Of a stretch of 64,000 nt of DNA, positions 45,882 to 54,360 are shown piece after piece. Source of the DNA: a virus; the IMG/VR virus record IMGVR_UViG_3300044858_003398, one strand, 5' to 3'. A model generated the notes under the pieces. That model was not told where the DNA came from. It saw only the letters and a program-made list of their open reading frames with translations, and did no database searches. The position numbers and the translations under genes were made by a program. Every line of letters begins with the position of its first letter. Position 1 is the stretch's first letter.

Positions 45882-45954
45882 GGCTCCGTATCCCAATGCA
45901 GAGGAACTCGGCCTAGACCCGAGTAACGTGTCGGCTCGTTCCCGACCGGAGCTA
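45882..45954 (+). tRNA. tRNA-Leu (UAG), short variable loop, degenerate
   Basis: GGCTCCG/CGGAGCT, CTCGG-CCTAGAC-CCGAG. Confidence 0.65.
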
Positions 45955-46178
45955 CTTCACTACAGAAGCCGATAGGCCTATGCGTGAAGCCCTGATATAC
46001 GGCGATGTTGCAACATCTGTATATCCTTTTACTAGGTTGTGTCAATCTAGTCGGTCTTGCCTAACCGTGCTAGGCACTCAGATTACTTGAGTATGCAGTA
46101 GTCCGCTAAATTCGCCAGCGGTAGTTGGCAAAGGCAGGCTGAACAAGGCTGTCCGGTTGGCTGCAAGGCCAACACTTT

Positions 46179-46250
46179 GGCCGATTAGTTTATTTGGTAA
46201 AACATCTCCCTTGTAACGAGAAAAGCTCAGATCGTAGCTGAGATTGGCCT
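46179..46250 (+). tRNA. tRNA-Thr (UGU)
   Basis: GGCCGAT/ATTGGCC, loop CTTGTAA, T arm CTCAG-ATCGTAG-CTGAG. Confidence 0.7.
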
Positions 46251-46286
46251 ATCATTCCGGACAAAACTGCTAAGTAGGAACTTCAA

Positions 46287-46721
46287 ATGGGTGTTAATTA
46301 CGACCAGAAGTGCATGGTGGGAATAGAAGTTGATCTCTCAGATATCACCTATGTGGTCTCTGAAGCTGTCTATGAGGACCAAAACCGTTACGACCCACGT
46401 ACTGGCAAGATTCTCAAAACTGAGAAAGTGCTTGTAAAAGCAGCAGAACTTGAATATGTGTTCATGGGAAAAGAGAGCGACGACTGGTATTGTATGATTG
46501 AGAACATCGCTGAAGAGCTTGGTCTTGATTGTTACGTACCGAGAAGTGATGACGAGCAATACTTCTACATCGGCACGTTCGTCGGAGAGGAACAAGACAT
46601 GGGCAATGTCGATATGCTCACCGGCTCTGTCGAGATAAGCTATCTCGTAAAGCTTGCAGAAGAACTCAAGAGTAAACTCTCAGGAAATATCTCCCTTCAC
46701 TTTTTAAGTAGTGCAGGTTGA
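46287..46721 (+). CDS. hypothetical protein
   Basis: AGGA RBS. Confidence 0.65.
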   Translation: MGVNYDQKCMVGIEVDLSDITYVVSEAVYEDQNRYDPRTGKILKTEKVLVKAAELEYVFMGKESDDWYCMIENIAEELGLDCYVPRSDDEQYFYIGTFVGEEQDMGNVDMLTGSVEISYLVKLAEELKSKLSGNISLHFLSSAG

Positions 46722-46944
46722 TGCAGATCACATCCATAGTGACATTGAAACCTTCTATAAGGAGCGTAGCTCTGGATAAAGATCAGAAATTCTGGCTCCT
46801 CTTCTGGACCATCGTGGTCGTGTACTTCCTAGGAAGTAATGCCCTTCACATCCTGTCGAAATATCTTGAAATTCACAGTTGACAAACAGGCTGAAGCCTG
46901 TTATGATGTAGAAAACGAGGCAAGTTGCTTTCAGAGAGTCGGAG

Positions 46945-47628
46945 ATGGACGAAATCAAAATTTTGATAGACTGTACATTTGGGCAAAACTATGGGAAAAA
47001 TCCCATAAAAACCTCAAGGGCGGTCTATCGAATCTTATGTCTGCCAAATCATAAAGTTTATGTTGGCTCTACAAACAACGCTATAGTTAGATTTCGCACC
47101 CACAAGGCGAGATTATCTAATGGTGAATTCCATTCTGTAGCGATGCAGTCTGATTTCAATTTCTATGGGAAAGAAAACTTTTCATTTGGAATCATAGAAG
47201 ATGATATCTTGATAGGAGTCGATAACATATATGCTAGGGAGGCATATTACATACGGCTTTATGATTCAACTAATCCAGATTGCGGATACAATCTTGCCCA
47301 CGTTAACGAATCCGGATCGTGCAAGTTCTCTGAAGATACAAAAAAGAAAATGAGTAAATCTGCCGAGGGCAGGATAAACTCAAGCGAGACTAGGGCAAAG
47401 ATCAAACTAGCTAACACTGGTAGAACTCCAGCCAAGCATAGCATAGAAGCCGCAGTAATCTCAAGATCAAAAAGGCATACCTTCGTTTCCCCAGATGGGG
47501 AAGTGGTGGAGATCTTCAATATTAGTAAGTTTTGTAGAGAGCACAACTTACAACAATCGTGCATGTCAGAAGTATCAAACGGTAATAGGAATTTTCACAA
47601 AGGTTGGAGGAACTATAATGGGCGTTAA
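46945..47628 (+). CDS. GIY-YIG homing endonuclease with NUMOD3-type repeats
   Basis: AVYRI...VYVGST..R..H; GYN; SEDTKKKMS and SSETRAKI. Confidence 0.85.
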   Translation: MDEIKILIDCTFGQNYGKNPIKTSRAVYRILCLPNHKVYVGSTNNAIVRFRTHKARLSNGEFHSVAMQSDFNFYGKENFSFGIIEDDILIGVDNIYAREAYYIRLYDSTNPDCGYNLAHVNESGSCKFSEDTKKKMSKSAEGRINSSETRAKIKLANTGRTPAKHSIEAAVISRSKRHTFVSPDGEVVEIFNISKFCREHNLQQSCMSEVSNGNRNFHKGWRNYNGR

Positions 47629-48358
47629 GTTGAATCAGATCATTGCTATTGCAAACGGAAAGAAAGCAGCAGCCACTGCCGCCATCACGGAAATTTACAA
47701 GGTCTTGCAGAAACCGGACCTGTTCGGGGGTTTCACTCGGGTTTACCAGCCCAATGACGACGAGGGCGAGAAGCTCCCCTCGGAATCTAAGATTGTTCAG
47801 CAGACGGTCGCTGCAAACCTACGAGCCGCCCAAGAGCAACTGGTTGAACTCTTCGACACTATTGCTACTCAAGAGGTGGCAAACTGTGAGGCTAAAGCCG
47901 ATATCGTGGTCGGTGGGACGACCTTGGCCACCCAAGTTCCCGTCTCGCTCATGCTTTTCCTTGAGAAGCAAGTAGACAACATGAAAGCACTGATTTCCAA
48001 GCTGCCCGTGCTCAGCACGGACACTAACTGGAAGGTTTCTGAGAGCGATCCAAACATCCACGTTACGGATACAGTGACGACCACACGAACCAAGAAGGTG
48101 CCCAAGGCGTTTGTCAAGGCAGCAGCCACTGACAAGCATCCTGCCCAAGTTGATGTCTTTACTGAAGACATTATCGTAGGAAACTGGAACAAGGTGGAAA
48201 TGTCTTCAGCGGTGCGAATCTCAACACGAGACGCGATGCTCAAAAAGGTCGACTCTCTCCGAGAGGCGATCAAGATGGCTCGCGAAGAAGCGAACTCCAT
48301 CGAAGTAAAGAAAATTGAGATTGGTAAGAAGATTACCGATTTCGTGTTTGGCGGCTAA
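47618..48358 (+). CDS. uncharacterised 246-aa protein upstream of tandem tRNA-mimic RNAs
   Basis: GGAGG RBS; MGVKLNQIIAIA...LLFLEKQ...ATDKHPAQV; no function recognised. Confidence 0.8.
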   Translation: MGVKLNQIIAIANGKKAAATAAITEIYKVLQKPDLFGGFTRVYQPNDDEGEKLPSESKIVQQTVAANLRAAQEQLVELFDTIATQEVANCEAKADIVVGGTTLATQVPVSLMLFLEKQVDNMKALISKLPVLSTDTNWKVSESDPNIHVTDTVTTTRTKKVPKAFVKAAATDKHPAQVDVFTEDIIVGNWNKVEMSSAVRISTRDAMLKKVDSLREAIKMAREEANSIEVKKIEIGKKITDFVFGG

Positions 48359-48403
48359 TCGCCCCAAACGAACCATATTGAGGACCTCTGGTCCCTCTGG
48401 AAA

Positions 48404-48560
48404 GTAGAGTAGCCTTAGTATAAGATTCAGTTTCATTCGTATTGATGGCAAAGTGTTGGTTCAAATCCAACCCCCTGCATTTTCAACCACGCAGGGGTAG
48501 CCCAACGGTAGAGGCACCATCAACGAAGTAAGCTTTAGCTTATCTCTACAGGCTAAGTAC
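48404..48560 (+). ncRNA. permuted tRNA-mimic RNA, domain 1
   Basis: T arm 48455-48471, acceptor 48472-78/48491-97 joined by a loop, D arm 48500-48515, extended stems. Confidence 0.75.
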
Positions 48561-48564
48561 CGAT

Positions 48565-48739
48565 AGTAGAGTTGTAAATCCAGTTCTTATCGACAAACAT
48601 TTGTTTATACGGGTTCAACTCCCGTGGTCGAAGCCATGTTCAGATGCGTCTGAGCTAGGCTTCGACCTAGCATAACGGTTAATGCAGCAGACATAAGAAT
48701 GATCGATAGGATTAAACGAAGATAGTTACAACAATACTA
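48565..48739 (+). ncRNA. permuted tRNA-mimic RNA, domain 2
   Basis: T arm 48609-48625, 10-bp closed acceptor-like helix, D arm 48670-48685, outer stems TTCTTAT/ATAAGAA and GTTGTAA/TTACAAC. Confidence 0.7.
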
Positions 48740-48765
48740 GTAATCCGAAAGGATATAACACTACC

Positions 48766-48800
48766 GCCCCGGTCTATGTGCTATTAGGCCGGGGCATTTT
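48766..48800 (+). terminator. intrinsic terminator
   Basis: GCCCCGGTCT/AGGCCGGGGC + ATTTT. Confidence 0.7.
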
Positions 48801-48830
48801 GTTGGCTACGCCAACCTTTAAGGAGAAACC

Positions 48831-49109
48831 ATGAAAGTTGTTGTAAATAGATGCTGGGGTAGGTTCAGCCTATCTCAAGAAGCTTGCGAGGCCCTCGGGC
48901 TTAAATGGAATGGATATGATTACTCCCACAGATATAATGATAAACACAGGACCGACCCAAAGCTTGTCGAAGTAGTCGAAAAACTTGGAGATCGAGCCAA
49001 TGGTAGCTGTGCCGAACTTCGAGTTATCGAGATCCCTAATGGGATTGATTGGTATATTGATGATCATGACGGGATGGAGACCGTGAGAGAGAAACATAGA
49101 TCGTGGTGA
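48831..49109 (+). CDS. conserved phage hypothetical protein
   Basis: MKVVVNRC.G.F.LS...RTDP.LVEVVE.LG..ANG..AEL...EIP. Confidence 0.7.
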   Translation: MKVVVNRCWGRFSLSQEACEALGLKWNGYDYSHRYNDKHRTDPKLVEVVEKLGDRANGSCAELRVIEIPNGIDWYIDDHDGMETVREKHRSW

Positions 49110-49123
49110 TCTAAAGATCTTTT

Positions 49124-49195
49124 GGGGCTATAGTGTAGGGAATAACACGACAATCTTCTAAATTGTAAAGCTAAGTTTGAGTCTTAGTAGCCCTA
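49124..49195 (+). tRNA. tRNA-Arg (UCU)
   Basis: GGGGCTA/TAGCCCT, ACAAT-CTTCTAA-ATTGT. Confidence 0.8.
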
Positions 49196-49230
49196 TTTTG
49201 AGACGAAGTCTCCAGTAAAGAGAAAGACCT

Positions 49231-49476
49231 ATGGTCATCTACATACCACCAATAGTCCTATGGCTCTCTGCCATTCCAATAATATTCTTGGTGTGGTTCA
49301 TAGCATTCTTTATCCTTGGTCTGGTAATTAACTGTGGGTGGTTCGGTCGCCTATGCGGCGATAGCTGGAAAGTTAGACAATTTGTTGAAGCCGCAGTAAT
49401 AGCCTTCTTAATACTTCTTCCGGCCTTCACAGCAACCTTGCTGGGATTAGCATACCACAAACTCGGACTATTTTAA
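49231..49476 (+). CDS. membrane protein
   Basis: two hydrophobic helices. Confidence 0.55.
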   Translation: MVIYIPPIVLWLSAIPIIFLVWFIAFFILGLVINCGWFGRLCGDSWKVRQFVEAAVIAFLILLPAFTATLLGLAYHKLGLF

Positions 49477-49488
49477 AGGACCTTAATT

Positions 49489-50088
49489 ATGCCAACCGGA
49501 TATACAGCAGGCGTTGCAGACGGAACTATCACTGACTTCAAGGAATACGCACTGCAATGTGCCAGAGCCTTCGGGGCGTGCGTAATGCTACGCGACGATC
49601 CTCTTAGTGGCGAAATCCCAGAGTTCGAGCCTAGCGATTATTATGCTAAACAACTATCTGAGCTAGAAACAGAGCTTGGTATATTCATTAATATGGGTCC
49701 AGTCGAAAGGCGATCTCTCTACGAAACTGAACAGATCAAGAGAATGAAGGAAAAAGAGCTTGGGCTCGCCAGTAAAAGAGAAGAAAGGGCCAGATATGAA
49801 TCTATGCTAGCTAAAGCTAAAGCATTCAAGTCCCCATCTCCTGACCATGATAGTTATGCCAAATTTATTGTGGAACAACTAGAGCAGTCGATTGATTTTG
49901 ACTGTGATACTTCATACTATGACGACCAAACAATACCTTCTTTTGATAAATGGCAAGACGAAAGATTGCAAGAATTAATCTCTGGTATTAAAAGAGCTAG
50001 AAGTAGTGTGAAAGAGGAGCAGGAACAAACCGATAGCCGCAACAAATGGGTCAAACAACTAAAGGAGACACTGGGATGCCAACAGTAA
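49489..50088 (+). CDS. conserved phage hypothetical protein
   Basis: MPTGYT...CARAFGAC..LRD. Confidence 0.7.
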   Translation: MPTGYTAGVADGTITDFKEYALQCARAFGACVMLRDDPLSGEIPEFEPSDYYAKQLSELETELGIFINMGPVERRSLYETEQIKRMKEKELGLASKREERARYESMLAKAKAFKSPSPDHDSYAKFIVEQLEQSIDFDCDTSYYDDQTIPSFDKWQDERLQELISGIKRARSSVKEEQEQTDSRNKWVKQLKETLGCQQ

Positions 50089-50294
50089 AAGAGAAGGTCT
50101 ATGATGACCAGATCTTTCCTTTAATGTCACAGATCCTAAAAATCTGCAAAGACAACAAAATAGATATGGTATTTGACGCATACTTAGGATATGATGATCA
50201 GGCCGGAGAAGATCTACATTGCACCTCTGCTCTTCTAAAATCGTCGTCGCCAGAGCACATGCACAGAGCTTTTAAGATACTGAAACCTAATTAG
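50076..50294 (+). CDS. hypothetical protein
   Basis: AGGAG RBS. Confidence 0.6.
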   Translation: MPTVKEKVYDDQIFPLMSQILKICKDNKIDMVFDAYLGYDDQAGEDLHCTSALLKSSSPEHMHRAFKILKPN

Positions 50295-50304
50295 GGCAAA
50301 GCCT

Positions 50305-50814
50305 ATGACCTTCCTAGACCTATTTGATTCTCCCTATTCCCCAGCTAACGACGACAAAGTCACTCGTCTAGCTCGTGAGCTTCCCAAGCTGCCAAAGTCC
50401 ATTATCATTGTGGACGTTAGTGGTAGCATGGAATTGCCTAACGGCAATTATTCAAGGTTGCAAATTGCGGCAGCTTTAGCTGCCGAGATCAAGTTGCGGG
50501 CTGACGCACCCCTATATGCCAGTTCAGGCCTTGACTCTGACCAATCCCACATCACCGAGCAACTCAACTATGATGGGTTTAATCTATGGTTGGCCCTAAG
50601 AAGAGCCTGTTATGATTTTGGTGGTGGTGGGATCTTCCTAGAAAAAGCTGTTAAGCATGTCAGCCACTACCATGTCAAGCCTGAAAGGCTTTACATCCTT
50701 ACAGATGAGCAGAACTCCTACCTGCCAACTTTCGGCAAAAGCGTCTTCAATGTTGATGTCGGTTGTCAGTCCTTCGAAGAAACTCGCAGAATGCTAGATT
50801 TGGAGGTCGCATGA
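50305..50814 (+). CDS. vWA-domain protein resembling the C-terminal half of Ro60/TROVE
   Basis: LPKLP..IIIVDVSGSM MIDAS, SRLQIAAALA, GGGGIFL, ILTDEQ. Confidence 0.65.
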   Translation: MTFLDLFDSPYSPANDDKVTRLARELPKLPKSIIIVDVSGSMELPNGNYSRLQIAAALAAEIKLRADAPLYASSGLDSDQSHITEQLNYDGFNLWLALRRACYDFGGGGIFLEKAVKHVSHYHVKPERLYILTDEQNSYLPTFGKSVFNVDVGCQSFEETRRMLDLEVA

Positions 50815-51266
50815 CCCTATCCTTTAAGAATGGTTGCCTAATAGAAGCGGCCAAGAATAAAGAGATCGACTACTTGATTCATTGTGCGAATTGCTTCTCC
50901 ACGATGGGTTCAGGAGTGGCCAAACTTATCAAGGAAGAATTCCCAAAAGCCTTCTTAGTAGATCAGGCCGATTATAGATCCCCGATTGAGAGGATCGGCT
51001 CATATTCTTCAGTCTTCCTGAGTGGGTTGACTATTATTAATCTATATGCTCAATATGACTATGGGACATCCTGTCGTAAGTTTGAGTATGGAGCCTTCAA
51101 GAGAGCCTTGGACGAAATCTGTAGAGACTTCTCTTTTACTGGGAAGACTATAGGTCTTCCAGAAATCGGGTGTGGTTTGGGGGGAGCCGACAAAAGTCTG
51201 GTCCACGATATCCTCGAAGATTATGCTACCGAAGGTAGCTGGACAATTTACACGCTAGGGAAATAA
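50811..51266 (+). CDS. macro-domain (ADP-ribose-processing) protein
   Basis: IHCANC..TMGSGVA, INLYAQ, PEIGCGLGG. Confidence 0.85.
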   Translation: MTLSFKNGCLIEAAKNKEIDYLIHCANCFSTMGSGVAKLIKEEFPKAFLVDQADYRSPIERIGSYSSVFLSGLTIINLYAQYDYGTSCRKFEYGAFKRALDEICRDFSFTGKTIGLPEIGCGLGGADKSLVHDILEDYATEGSWTIYTLGK

Positions 51267-51538
51267 TGGCCAAAAAAGCACAGAAGAGTCCAAGAATTGA
51301 TTTTCCAGTCGAGATCCATACCACAATTCAAATTGGTGATAATCTAGGCCTAGTCAGACGATGGGCTGAGGATCATGCCTGCGACAGGTTTACAATAAGA
51401 GAAGTGGACAAGGACAAGTTTCGTGTAAATTTGTACACCGAGTCTGGCGACACGATCCGAATCAGCCACCTTTCCCGAAGTTTTTATCTCGTCGTGGCTG
51501 ATGGAGTAATCGAGGATAAAACAATAAAAGGCTCTTGA
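51266..51538 (+). CDS. hypothetical protein
   Basis: TAATG coupling. Confidence 0.55.
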   Translation: MAKKAQKSPRIDFPVEIHTTIQIGDNLGLVRRWAEDHACDRFTIREVDKDKFRVNLYTESGDTIRISHLSRSFYLVVADGVIEDKTIKGS

Positions 51539-51607
51539 CAGGGCGATTTCGCCCGGTATGATACGTGAAGAACGAGTGGCCGAAAAACACAAGCGAAGGA
51601 CGTAATC

Positions 51608-53380
51608 ATGATCATCGAAGGCGTAAAGAAAAGTACTCAAACCTCAGGCTCGTTTCAGACCTCAGGATTCCGTATTGAGGCTAGTGCAAAAGCATTTAAG
51701 CTTCTGTCGTCGAATCCTTATAAGTACAAGGTCCGAGCCGTTATCCGAGAGCTTACATGCAATGCTCTTGACGCAAACACCGATGCTGAAGTCTCAGCAG
51801 TCCCACGAGTCCATCTCCCCACCAAGCTCGAACCTTGGTTCTCTGTAGCGGATAACGGCAAGGGCCTATCTCCAGATGATGTACGGGATGTCTATACCGT
51901 TTATTTCTGCTCCACTAAGACTAATAGCAATAAACTTATCGGAGCTTTAGGCATAGGGGCCAAAAGCCCATACTGCTTAGTAGATAGCTTTATTGTTAAG
52001 TCAGTTAATGATGGAGTTAAATATACCTACTCTGCATATAAAGACGAGGACGATCTCCCTCAGATGGCCTTGCTAACCTCTGAGCCTACCAACGAACCAT
52101 CTGGCGTTGAAGTCATTGTCAACGTAATGGGCCGGGATGATGAATTCCAGAGGGAAGCTGTTGAAGTATTTAGGTACTTCGATGCAATCCCCGACATTAA
52201 CATCTCCTCAGTAAAAGAGAAGATCGTAGCTGCCCGTGAATTTAAAGTTAAAGGTGACGGGTTCGCTTTCAATACTGGCTATGGTCAATGTAAAGCTGTC
52301 ATGGGGAATGTTGCTTACGACATCCCACATGGGTATGGGCTCGATATTGATGGGTACATCCGATTCGAGATTGGGGATTTGGACTTCGACCTTGGGCGTG
52401 AGTCACTCTCGTTAGACAACAAGACCATCGCTAATCTAAAAGCAAGAGTCAATCAAGTTAAAGACGGTATGGCGGATCATATCATCGGCCTAATTGAAGC
52501 TGAAGATACCGAATTCAAACGTGCAAAGATGTTTGATAAGGTGAACTGTGGAGTTTTGGGCAATATCATCGAATGTAATAAGAAGAAGTTCGATTATGTG
52601 CTTCCGCACACCTCTACGGAGATGTCTGTTTATTCTAAGACATATAAGTCTGTGAATATCAGCCATATGAAAGCCTTGCCACTTTCTGCCGATTACTACC
52701 GATTCAAGCCAAAGTTTACGGCTCGAATCAAGAGTTATCTGAAAGATCATGGTGGGAAGATCGTGGTCCTGACGGACCAACAAATCACTGAATGTAAGAT
52801 TGACCTTGATGTGATCAAGGATCTTGACACGCTGCCGAAGATTGTATATGCTCGTGGACCCAAGTCGAAGAGTATTAAGGTTAGATCCTGCGTTAATGGC
52901 TGTTGGAACGAGGCCCAGCTAGATACTTCTGAGCATTACGTGTATATTGAGACTATGCATGGGAAACCATCTGCATATTCTGGGTATCACGCAGTGAATA
53001 GCTTGGTCTCTGCTGCTAAGAAGTTGGGTGCTGACATTGATGTGATCTATGGGTTATCCCCCTCTGTAAAGAACAAGGGGCAGGGAGTTGAGCTTCGCGA
53101 ATTCCTGAAAGAGAACCTTGTCCTGCCGGAAAAGGCGATCTTAGACAATCCTACCAATCAGGCGATCTTGTCGAAAGTTGACAAGAGATTCGCCAAAAAG
53201 GATCTTGACAGCGATATCATCTCGTTGTACAATTTGTTCAATGTGGCCCACGATGACACACTTGATAAACTTTCTGAGAGATACTCAACAGAGTTCCCCC
53301 TTTTGAAATTTATCTCGTACCACTATTACTCAAAACCGACCGACGCAGAACTTCTCACCTACCTCAAGGAGCTGAAATGA
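51608..53380 (+). CDS. rIIA: rIIA-like protein (GHKL ATPase domain)
   Basis: IRELTCNALDA, DNGKGLS, YFCSTK, IGALGIGAKSP; paired with rIIB. Confidence 0.85.
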   Translation: MIIEGVKKSTQTSGSFQTSGFRIEASAKAFKLLSSNPYKYKVRAVIRELTCNALDANTDAEVSAVPRVHLPTKLEPWFSVADNGKGLSPDDVRDVYTVYFCSTKTNSNKLIGALGIGAKSPYCLVDSFIVKSVNDGVKYTYSAYKDEDDLPQMALLTSEPTNEPSGVEVIVNVMGRDDEFQREAVEVFRYFDAIPDINISSVKEKIVAAREFKVKGDGFAFNTGYGQCKAVMGNVAYDIPHGYGLDIDGYIRFEIGDLDFDLGRESLSLDNKTIANLKARVNQVKDGMADHIIGLIEAEDTEFKRAKMFDKVNCGVLGNIIECNKKKFDYVLPHTSTEMSVYSKTYKSVNISHMKALPLSADYYRFKPKFTARIKSYLKDHGGKIVVLTDQQITECKIDLDVIKDLDTLPKIVYARGPKSKSIKVRSCVNGCWNEAQLDTSEHYVYIETMHGKPSAYSGYHAVNSLVSAAKKLGADIDVIYGLSPSVKNKGQGVELREFLKENLVLPEKAILDNPTNQAILSKVDKRFAKKDLDSDIISLYNLFNVAHDDTLDKLSERYSTEFPLLKFISYHYYSKPTDAELLTYLKELK

Positions 53381-54291
53381 ACTACATTAAAGATCACAAT
53401 GGTTGCTGGACAGTTGTATGTGCTGGCGAAGTGCATACTTTCGATAAAAATCATACCAACTATGAGGGCCTCATTGAGGCGATCAAAGTGGGTGATGAAC
53501 AGGTGTTCAGTAGCCTGATCAGTGTTGGCAAGGCAGTACAAGAGTGGTCAAAACTTGGCTTCACTTTTACTGGTGGAATTCTCTACTATGGTAGGGAAGA
53601 AGTGGCTACTCAGATCACTGCGATTATTCTCGATATGATCGATGGTGGGTTCAGTGAGACTCCTATCCTGAACTTCATGAAACGATTGTTCGACAATCCT
53701 TCCCACAGGGCTGTTAAAGAACTCTACTCTTGGTTGGCCCATAAGAGCTTGGCAATTTGTGAGGATGGGACTTTTCTGGCGTACAAGTCTGTGCTCGTCT
53801 ATGATGGTCCTAATTTTGTTGACTGCTATGGTCGCGAGGTTAAGACTGGTGACTATGTCGATAAGTATACGGGAAGAATCCGTAATAATATCGGGGACAT
53901 TAATGAAATGCCGCGTCGTCAAGTTGATGACAATTTTGAAGTTGGCTGTTCATATGGTTTTCATGTTGGCAGTTTGAAGTACGTAACAGAGGTTTACTCT
54001 TCAAATAAGCAGATCATTTGTAAGGTTGACCCTGCCGATGTTGTGAGTGTACCACTCGATTGTGACTGTCAAAAGATTCGTTGTTGTAGCTACGAAGTTG
54101 TCTCCGAGTTCAAGAATCTAAAGATTGTTGAGCGAAAAGTAGAGGACTACGTTTGCGACGAAGACGAAGACCGCGATGAGGACGATATCTGTGAAGATTG
54201 CGGGTTCGAGTGCGATAATGGAGTCTGCGACTGTTATGACGATGACGATGACGATGACGATGAGAACATCGATATCTACTTTGGTCAATAG
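53377..54291 (+). CDS. rIIB: rIIB-like protein
   Basis: NPS..AV.ELY..L, FLAYK, CSYGFHVG, VDPADVVSVP.D...K.R.C.Y. Confidence 0.85.
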   Translation: MNYIKDHNGCWTVVCAGEVHTFDKNHTNYEGLIEAIKVGDEQVFSSLISVGKAVQEWSKLGFTFTGGILYYGREEVATQITAIILDMIDGGFSETPILNFMKRLFDNPSHRAVKELYSWLAHKSLAICEDGTFLAYKSVLVYDGPNFVDCYGREVKTGDYVDKYTGRIRNNIGDINEMPRRQVDDNFEVGCSYGFHVGSLKYVTEVYSSNKQIICKVDPADVVSVPLDCDCQKIRCCSYEVVSEFKNLKIVERKVEDYVCDEDEDRDEDDICEDCGFECDNGVCDCYDDDDDDDDENIDIYFGQ

Positions 54292-54360
54292 GCCTTAGTC
54301 GCTGCATCATACCGAGGGGCCGAAAGGCCCCTCTCTTATTAGAAAGCTCGGAGAGATTCC

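Noticed and set aside
45882-45954. Amber suppressor tRNA (CUA) and stop-codon recoding
   Set aside because: The 7-nt loop CCTAGAC centres on TAG (Leu), and long genes read normally in the standard code with TAG/TGA acting as stops.
47643-48451. Alternative-frame and antisense ORFs over the 246-aa gene
   Set aside because: Shadow ORFs; the 47618 frame has the RBS and protein-like composition.
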